DNA of 64,000 bases. It comes from Candidatus Altiarchaeota archaeon. GTDB taxonomy: Archaea; Altiarchaeota; Altiarchaeia; IMC4; QMZM01. Below are positions 57,601-64,000 of this stretch, piece after piece (within the stretch, counting starts at the first letter, position 1; every line of letters starts with the position of its first letter). Under the pieces are notes generated by a model. It was given only the letters and a program-made list of their open reading frames with translations. It did no database searches and was not told where the DNA came from. Both the position numbers and the translations under genes were made by a program. The stretch spans positions 196,468 to 260,467 of the forward strand of contig JAWAEV010000001.1 of assembly GCA_038891095.1 (NCBI GenBank), in the 5' to 3' direction.

Positions 57601-58662
57601 ATGATGAATCATAAAGGTTATTTCTACACTGCAATAACTGCTGCATTAATATTAATATCACTATTAATTATATTTTTTTATTCACAAACAACTGAGTTAG
57701 AGATTGAGAGTATGCAAAAGAGAATTTCAACAGATAGCTTACATTACTTTGTTGAAAATTTGAAAGTTGACTATCAAAATGCTTTAGAAATTTCAGGAAA
57801 CAGAGCCATAACTGTTCTCATTGGAAGAATTTTAAATTCATCTGAAAATTTTGCTGAATATGAAATGCATCAATGCAATTTCTTTAAATACAAAACAAAA
57901 GGTTCACAATCTGCAATTTCTGAATTAATGCTTTGCGGCACATTAAATGGTGAGAAAGTTAGCGAAATGGATAATATAACACTTCTAAATTGGACTCAAA
58001 GAATGAGTAGAATTAATGACATCACGATAGAGAATTTAACAATAGAGGACATTTCTATTGCAATGCGAAATTCATGGGATATTGTAATAGCATCTTCAGT
58101 TTATCTCTCAGCAAGAGATAAGGCAAATATCTCAAATTTTAATGGAATTTTAAATGTTGCACAGGAAATTTCAGTTGAAGGTTTTGAAGATCCATTATAT
58201 TATATAAAAACGAATGATTCTGATCTCATAAGAAAATTTAAGAAATGTGACAACTTTACAACTGTAAATGGTACTATAATAAACACATGGATCTCTGAAA
58301 AATGCTATCACTCAAGTAATGATAGTTATAATGCATCAAGTTTCTTTGATCGTTTAGATGGAAAGCTAAATTTATCTGAGAAATATGCAACTCAAAGTAA
58401 AATTTACTTTGGAAATTATGAAATTGGAATTGAATCATTTGTAAATCTTACTGAATTTTTTAGGCATAACCTAAGCTTAAATTTCAAAGATAACAAGACA
58501 TATGAAACATGGATTGATTATTTATATTGGCAAGGGATTGAAGGTAATTGTAGAGTTAACTTCACAATAAATTACGCAATAAATGAAACGCACAATATAA
58601 CCTTTAGTATAGACCAAGCGCATGCTGTAAAGTATAACATTTCTGATGCAAATTGCCTTTGA
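57601..58662 (+). CDS. Pilin-like protein with class III signal peptide
   Basis: HKG|YFYT followed by a hydrophobic helix; first gene of the pilus cluster. Confidence 0.6.
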   Translation: MMNHKGYFYTAITAALILISLLIIFFYSQTTELEIESMQKRISTDSLHYFVENLKVDYQNALEISGNRAITVLIGRILNSSENFAEYEMHQCNFFKYKTKGSQSAISELMLCGTLNGEKVSEMDNITLLNWTQRMSRINDITIENLTIEDISIAMRNSWDIVIASSVYLSARDKANISNFNGILNVAQEISVEGFEDPLYYIKTNDSDLIRKFKKCDNFTTVNGTIINTWISEKCYHSSNDSYNASSFFDRLDGKLNLSEKYATQSKIYFGNYEIGIESFVNLTEFFRHNLSLNFKDNKTYETWIDYLYWQGIEGNCRVNFTINYAINETHNITFSIDQAHAVKYNISDANCL

Positions 58663-58715
58663 GATATGAAGGTATTTATAGTAATTTTGAGAATAGTTTA
58701 TTGATAGCTAATAAT

Positions 58716-60305
58716 ATGGCAAATGCTACAACAGACGAAAAAGAATTAAAGGATGTTATAGAGAGAAAACAAGTTGGAGAAACAACTCAAAAGGAGAATC
58801 CAGAGGATAAAAGAAATGAAATTGAGAGATATAAAATTTACTTAGATGACCTTTCACTTGAAGTTAAAATTGTTGATGCTGATGACTATGTTCTCCACTA
58901 TGAGATTTCCCTACCGAAGATAGATTATGTAACAAAGGCTCTTTTAGATGAAGTAAAAAGAAGCTTGATTGGGGAGATTGAAGTTGAAACAAGAACTGTT
59001 CTCGACCCTGAAAAATTTAAAGAGTTAAAGCTTAGAATTCTTGACAAATCAAAAGAAAAATTAAAGCATGTTCTGAAAAAATTGTCTGAAGATGAGATTA
59101 TACTTTTGAGCAGAGTTCTTGTGAATGATATGTTGGGCCTTGGAGAAATTGAGTATTTGATCGCTGATCCTAAACTTGAAGAGATTGTTGTAAATTCAAG
59201 TAAAGAAGTTATATGGGTTTATCATAAAACAAGAGGCTGGCTAAAAACAAATTTACAAATTCCCTCAGAGGAGCAGATTGCAAATTATTCAGCTAGGGTT
59301 GCGAGAGAAGTTGGTAGGGAAATTACAAACTTGGAACCTTTGCTTGATGCACATCTTATTACAGGTGATAGATTCAATGCTACTCTATTCCCAATTTCAA
59401 CTTCTGGCAATACAATAACGATAAGGCGCTTCTCAAGAGTTCCATGGACAATAATACATTTAATTTCCCCAGAGATTAGAACTATAAGCATTGAAGCAGC
59501 AGCTTTTTTATGGCTTGCGATAGAGTATGAATTGAGCATATTAATAACTGGTGGCACAGCATCTGGTAAAACAGTCATGCTGAATGCTCTCCTTCCATTC
59601 ATGCCTGCTAACCAAAGGATTATAACGATGGAGGATACAAGAGAGTTAAACTTACCTAAGTATATGCATTGGGTGCCTTTAACAACAAGGCCTCCAACTC
59701 CAAGAGGCGAAGGTGAAGTTTCATTACTTGAGCTAATGCAAAATTCACTGAGAATGAGACCTGATAGGATAATAGTTGGTGAAGTCAGAGCAAAAGAAGA
59801 AACTGAAGTAATGTTTGAAGCAATGCACACTGGGCATTCATGCTATGGAACATTTCACGCTCTTAATGCTCAGGAAGTTATAGATAGAATAACATCTCCT
59901 CCAATGAATATTCCACCAATTGTTACAAGTTCATTGCACTTAATTGTTACACAACACTTGAATAGAAGATCCGGCATTAGAAGGACATTGGAAATTGTTG
60001 AACTTATAAAGCCAGAAAGTGGCGAACTACCTGAATTAAATTTACTTTATCGTTATAATCCAAGAAATGACAAAGTAGAGAAAGTAAATGCGAGTGAACG
60101 TGTCAGGGAAGAACTTGAGTTGTTCACAGGGATGAGTGAAAGTGAAATGCTACTTGACATTGAAGGAAAGAAAAAAGTTCTTGAATGGCTCTTAAGAAAA
60201 AATATAAAGGAAGTTGATGATGTTGGTAAGATTATAACTCAGTATTATGTTGATAAGGAAGCATTTTTAGATATTGTCGAACATGATAAAGATTTGGGTA
60301 TTTAG
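58716..60305 (+). CDS. Type IV pilus assembly ATPase (VirB11/CpaF/FlaI family)
   Basis: GGTASGKT, EDTREL, LRMRPDRIIVGEVR, HTGH..GTFHA. Confidence 0.94.
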   Translation: MANATTDEKELKDVIERKQVGETTQKENPEDKRNEIERYKIYLDDLSLEVKIVDADDYVLHYEISLPKIDYVTKALLDEVKRSLIGEIEVETRTVLDPEKFKELKLRILDKSKEKLKHVLKKLSEDEIILLSRVLVNDMLGLGEIEYLIADPKLEEIVVNSSKEVIWVYHKTRGWLKTNLQIPSEEQIANYSARVAREVGREITNLEPLLDAHLITGDRFNATLFPISTSGNTITIRRFSRVPWTIIHLISPEIRTISIEAAAFLWLAIEYELSILITGGTASGKTVMLNALLPFMPANQRIITMEDTRELNLPKYMHWVPLTTRPPTPRGEGEVSLLELMQNSLRMRPDRIIVGEVRAKEETEVMFEAMHTGHSCYGTFHALNAQEVIDRITSPPMNIPPIVTSSLHLIVTQHLNRRSGIRRTLEIVELIKPESGELPELNLLYRYNPRNDKVEKVNASERVREELELFTGMSESEMLLDIEGKKKVLEWLLRKNIKEVDDVGKIITQYYVDKEAFLDIVEHDKDLGI

Positions 60306-60313
60306 AAATTAAA

Positions 60314-61180
60314 ATGCCTTCTATTTTCGAATCAGAAAGATTAAATGCATCGGCAGCTCCTTTAAAACCTGCTGCTCAGCAATTGTCTTTACTTTTTCCT
60401 AATTTGGAGTGGACATTAAAGAAGGCTAATTATAATGTTGATCCAATAACATATCTTGCAATAACAATTTTTATAACAACTATCGCATTCTCCTTAGCTT
60501 TTATAATAACAACTACTTCCCTTATATTAAATCAGAAATTTATTGAAACTTACACTGGCATTTTTCTTTCTGGAATTATTGCAATGCTTGTCTTTACCTA
60601 TTTTATGCTTGTTCCAAAAATGAGAATTCTGAGGAGAGCGAGACTTATTGACAAACACCTTGAGTATATGCTTAGAGACATGGAAATTCAGCTTACTGGA
60701 GGAACTCCACTATTTGATACTTTTGGGAATATTGCTAAAGGTGGATATGGTGAATGCTCTATAATCTGTTCTAACATAGTAAAAGAGGTAAATTCAGGTA
60801 GATCTATAACTCGTGTACTTGATGAATTTGGTTTGCTTTCACCTTCAGAATACTTAAGAAGGGCATTATGGCAAATTGTAAATGCAATAAAAACAGGCTC
60901 AAATGTTACCTTGGCATTGAAAGCAATTTCAGAAGATATTCGCCAAGAAAAAGAAAATAGAATAAAAATGTATGGTCAAGAGCTAAATTTATGGGCATTG
61001 ATATATATGATGGTTGTTATTATAATGCCATCAATGGGTGTTACATTACTTGTTATACTATCAAGTTTCATTGGGGGTAGGATGATAAATGAAAATCTCT
61101 TCTATTTGATACTTTTTGCTGTTTTTCTTTTTCAATTTGCATTTATCTCAATAATTAGAAGCAAAAGACCATCTGTATAA
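60314..61180 (+). CDS. Type II secretion F / TadB-C platform protein
   Basis: TM pattern, GGYGECS, follows the ATPase. Confidence 0.85.
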   Translation: MPSIFESERLNASAAPLKPAAQQLSLLFPNLEWTLKKANYNVDPITYLAITIFITTIAFSLAFIITTTSLILNQKFIETYTGIFLSGIIAMLVFTYFMLVPKMRILRRARLIDKHLEYMLRDMEIQLTGGTPLFDTFGNIAKGGYGECSIICSNIVKEVNSGRSITRVLDEFGLLSPSEYLRRALWQIVNAIKTGSNVTLALKAISEDIRQEKENRIKMYGQELNLWALIYMMVVIIMPSMGVTLLVILSSFIGGRMINENLFYLILFAVFLFQFAFISIIRSKRPSV

Positions 61181-61185
61181 CTAGA

Positions 61186-62367
61186 ATGGAGAAAAAAAGT
61201 TCACCAATTAGGAACTTAATGAAAAAATTTGGGAATTTATTTTGGAATTTTTTTCTTAGCAGAGTTGCTAGTGTCACCTCTTATATACTTATCATCATCG
61301 GCAATTTTGTTTTAAGAATTCTTACAATTTTATACAATATTTTAAAAACTCCTGGAAGGATTTTTGTTAGTATTGTAAAACCAGTACATCAGAAGTTAGG
61401 CTCATACTTCCCTTTTAATTTGAGAGATAAATTAGCAAAACAACTTGTATATGCAGGATTTGTAAGATCGCCGGAAGAGATTTTAGGAGTAACTTCAATG
61501 TATGCTATTCTATTGCCAATTGTTGTTTCATTAGTTTTAGTAACATTTGGTATTGAAAGCAATATCGTTTTAATTTCAGCAGCAATAGCATTTATTTTTG
61601 TTTGGGGTGCGTTAATAATGCTTATGATACTTCTCGTTGAAAGAAGAACTTCAAGTATTGAAGAAGTTCTACCTGATGTTCTTTCTATGATAGCACAAAA
61701 TATGATTGCAGGAATGACACCTTATAATGCATTATGGGTTGCTGCAAGACCTGAATTTGGTCCTTTAGCTTCTGAAATACAAACTGTAGCAAGAGACACA
61801 TTGGCAGGTATGCCACTTGAAGATGCACTAATAGCAATGACTTCTCGCGTAAAATCAGAAAAACTTGAGAGAGCAGTAAAACTTATGATTCAAGGAATGC
61901 GCTCTGGTGGCGACCTACCAACAGTTCTTCAGGAAATAGCAAATGATATAAGAAATGAGCAAAATTTATTCAAAAGAATGAGAGCAGAAACAACTGCACA
62001 AGCTATGTTCATAATATTTGCAATTGTAATTGGAGCTCCACTCTTATTTGCAGCTTCTTTGCAATTCGTTACCGTTTTCTCTGGGATTTATAAGAAGGTT
62101 GAAGCTGGCGGCTTGACGCAATATGCACAAACAGGAATGTTAACATTACAGCCAATAGCAATAGATAGAAATTTCTTTTATTGGTATGCAATTTCTGTTC
62201 TTGTTTTATCAAGCTTTTTTGGAGCATTATTAGTTGGCTTAATAAGAAGCGGTAAACTCTCAACTGGAATTACATTAATTCCTTTGCTAATTGCCTCTTC
62301 TGTTATAATATTTTTAGCTTTGAATTATGCACTTAGTTCTTTCTTTGGAGGAATGATATCAATTTGA
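61186..62367 (+). CDS. Type II secretion F / TadC platform protein
   Basis: LPD.L..IA....AGMTP, RPEFGPL..EI, SGG.L. Confidence 0.88.
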   Translation: MEKKSSPIRNLMKKFGNLFWNFFLSRVASVTSYILIIIGNFVLRILTILYNILKTPGRIFVSIVKPVHQKLGSYFPFNLRDKLAKQLVYAGFVRSPEEILGVTSMYAILLPIVVSLVLVTFGIESNIVLISAAIAFIFVWGALIMLMILLVERRTSSIEEVLPDVLSMIAQNMIAGMTPYNALWVAARPEFGPLASEIQTVARDTLAGMPLEDALIAMTSRVKSEKLERAVKLMIQGMRSGGDLPTVLQEIANDIRNEQNLFKRMRAETTAQAMFIIFAIVIGAPLLFAASLQFVTVFSGIYKKVEAGGLTQYAQTGMLTLQPIAIDRNFFYWYAISVLVLSSFFGALLVGLIRSGKLSTGITLIPLLIASSVIIFLALNYALSSFFGGMISI

Positions 62368-62382
62368 TAAAAAATAGATATG

Positions 62383-63114
62383 TTAACTCCTTGAATTTTT
62401 CAATATAACTGATGAAATTCTCTCAATTTCCTCTTCTTTTAGATTGTATGGAGTAACAGAAGATAAGATAAAATCACTTAGCTCATAAATTTTTAAAATT
62501 TTAACTGTCGGATTTTTCACTTGGATTTTAGCTCTTTCGTTTGTGAATATAAGTATGCTTTCTATCCATATATGTGGCGCCTCTTTTTTGAAAATTTCTT
62601 CTTTATGTTTTAGTAAAAAATCTTTAAGAACTTTTGCATTTCTTTTCACTTGAGCGCTTGGCGATCCAGCCCAAAGTAGGTATTTTGTGCCACTTTTGCT
62701 TATTTTATACCTTTGCCATTTATCTCCATCACACTTTATTTCTCCGCCATAATGTTTTGCTTCAATAACAAAAATTCCATTTGGACCTAAAACAATATGG
62801 TCAGTGTCTCCCCTATTAGGCGGTATAACAACATTTGAAATTAGCATATAGTTATCAGGCAACTTTTTAAGTTCATTAATAATCAACTCCTCTGAAGATT
62901 CGGAACTTTTCCAAGTTAGATATTTTTGATATGTATAAACTCCAAGGAAATATGAGAGAATTATGAGGATTGTGCCAATTGTCGCATATGGAAAAATATT
63001 TATTATAAGAAGCATAAAACCAAGAAGCAATAATGCTAAAAAAAGGAAAACTCTACTTCTAACTAATTGTATATTTCTCCAGACATAACCTGCATTTTTT
63101 TTAAGAATTTTCAT
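62383..63114 (-). CDS. Membrane-anchored NERD nuclease-domain protein
   Basis: Two N-terminal TM helices, E..., DHIVLGPNGIFVIEAKH, SP.AQ. Confidence 0.85.
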   Translation of the reverse strand: MKILKKNAGYVWRNIQLVRSRVFLFLALLLLGFMLLIINIFPYATIGTILIILSYFLGVYTYQKYLTWKSSESSEELIINELKKLPDNYMLISNVVIPPNRGDTDHIVLGPNGIFVIEAKHYGGEIKCDGDKWQRYKISKSGTKYLLWAGSPSAQVKRNAKVLKDFLLKHKEEIFKKEAPHIWIESILIFTNERAKIQVKNPTVKILKIYELSDFILSSVTPYNLKEEEIERISSVILKNSRS

Positions 63115-63183
63115 CTATTTGAGTTTATTAAAATTAGGGAAAGAAAGATATTTATAGCTAAAAGAATAAATGAATTTAAAGAA

Positions 63184-63657
63184 ATGAAAATTTTAAATAA
63201 AAAATCACAAGCAGCGGTTGAGTATTTACAAACTTATGGATGGGTCATGATAATAATTGCAATTATTGGTGTTGCACTTTGGTATTTAGGAGTTTTCTCG
63301 AATAGACAAGAGGTGAATATTGCAACAGGATTTAGCAAGATTAAAGTTCCTGAAGCAACAATTCAGTACAGAGCTAATATTGCAGGAAATGCATTAAATT
63401 TTACTATTGTAAATGGTGTTGGTGATTTCATTAGAATTTCTTCGATGATAGCAAAGGGGGATTGCAACGGAGCTATAAGCTATGGTATTGAAGGTTTAGA
63501 AGCAGGCGAAGCAAGAAATGTTGGTGCACAAAATTGCAATAGCCTTTACAGAGGTGAAAATTTTGAAGTTGCAGTTAATATAACATACTCAACAAAACTT
63601 GGCTCACAAAGGATAACTCGCACAGAGTATGGAATTATAAGAGGTGTTGCTGAATAA
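63184..63657 (+). CDS. Archaeal type IV pilin (class III signal peptide)
   Basis: KKSQ|AAVEYLQTYGW followed by a hydrophobic helix. Confidence 0.85.
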   Translation: MKILNKKSQAAVEYLQTYGWVMIIIAIIGVALWYLGVFSNRQEVNIATGFSKIKVPEATIQYRANIAGNALNFTIVNGVGDFIRISSMIAKGDCNGAISYGIEGLEAGEARNVGAQNCNSLYRGENFEVAVNITYSTKLGSQRITRTEYGIIRGVAE

Positions 63658-63664
63658 AAATAAA

Positions 63665-64000
63665 ATGATTTTGCTAAGAAATAAAAAATCTCAAGCAGCA
63701 GTTGAATACTTGCAAACATATGGTTGGGCAATTTTAGTAGTGCTTTTAATTGCAATTGCAATTTGGCAAATGGGAATTCTAACAAGATCTAAAGTGAATA
63801 CTGCTTCAGGATTTACAGTAATACAAGTTATTCCGCAAAGTATAAAATACACTGCAAGCGGAAACAGATATAACAATTTCACTTTCACAATAATGAATGC
63901 GGGCAACATGAGAGTTAAGAATATTTACACAATGAATGTAAGTGGCGATTGTTCTAAAATTTTCCTTGATTATACTTTCTATCCTTATCCCAATGAAGAT
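63665..64000 (+). CDS. Second type IV pilin paralog (partial, runs off the window)
   Basis: Manual translation MILLRNKKSQAAVEYLQTYGWAILVVLLIAIAIWQMGIL...; open to the window end. Confidence 0.85.
   Translation, partial: MILLRNKKSQAAVEYLQTYGWAILVVLLIAIAIWQMGILTRSKVNTASGFTVIQVIPQSIKYTASGNRYNNFTFTIMNAGNMRVKNIYTMNVSGDCSKIFLDYTFYPYPNED

Noticed and set aside
59285-59830. 181-aa antisense ORF, and similar shadows at 21888, 25030, 47753 and elsewhere
   Set aside because: Antisense or alternate-frame shadows of well-supported genes, with no recognisable motifs
1-64000. Transposases, integrases, inteins, rRNA
   Set aside because: None recognised; rfcS, cdc6, tfb and ileS have normal intein-free lengths

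Overview
AT-rich archaeal chromosome segment. The divergent TFB and Cdc6 and the KKSQ/AAVEYL pilins look DPANN/Altiarchaeota-like, but taxonomy is tentative. Contents: (1) pyrG 3' end, tfb, a DsbA-family gene, cdc6 and glmM; (2) a 30-repeat/29-spacer CRISPR array transcribed leftward, with a type III-A locus (cas2, cas1, CARF-wHTH regulator, cas10-csm2-5, MNT-HEPN pair, CARF-HEPN effector, and cas6 coupled to rfcS); (3) informational genes (ileS, rpl21e, rpoF, DUF655, alba, nusA-like, aspS, rpl37Ae, rpoP) and an intron-containing tRNA-Arg(UCG); (4) lipA, gcvH, secreted proteins, an S8 protease, R15P isomerase, fibrillarin, NOG1 and mtaB; (5) a ~16 kb lipid-linked glycosylation cluster beside a type IV pilus cluster. 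Main observation: when translated, 9-12 of the 29 spacers tile one short ORF (61-100 aa) sampled from several divergent variants. That coding region is rich in local hairpins, which points to a small, diverse, possibly single-stranded invader. All calls were made by eye, with no database searches.
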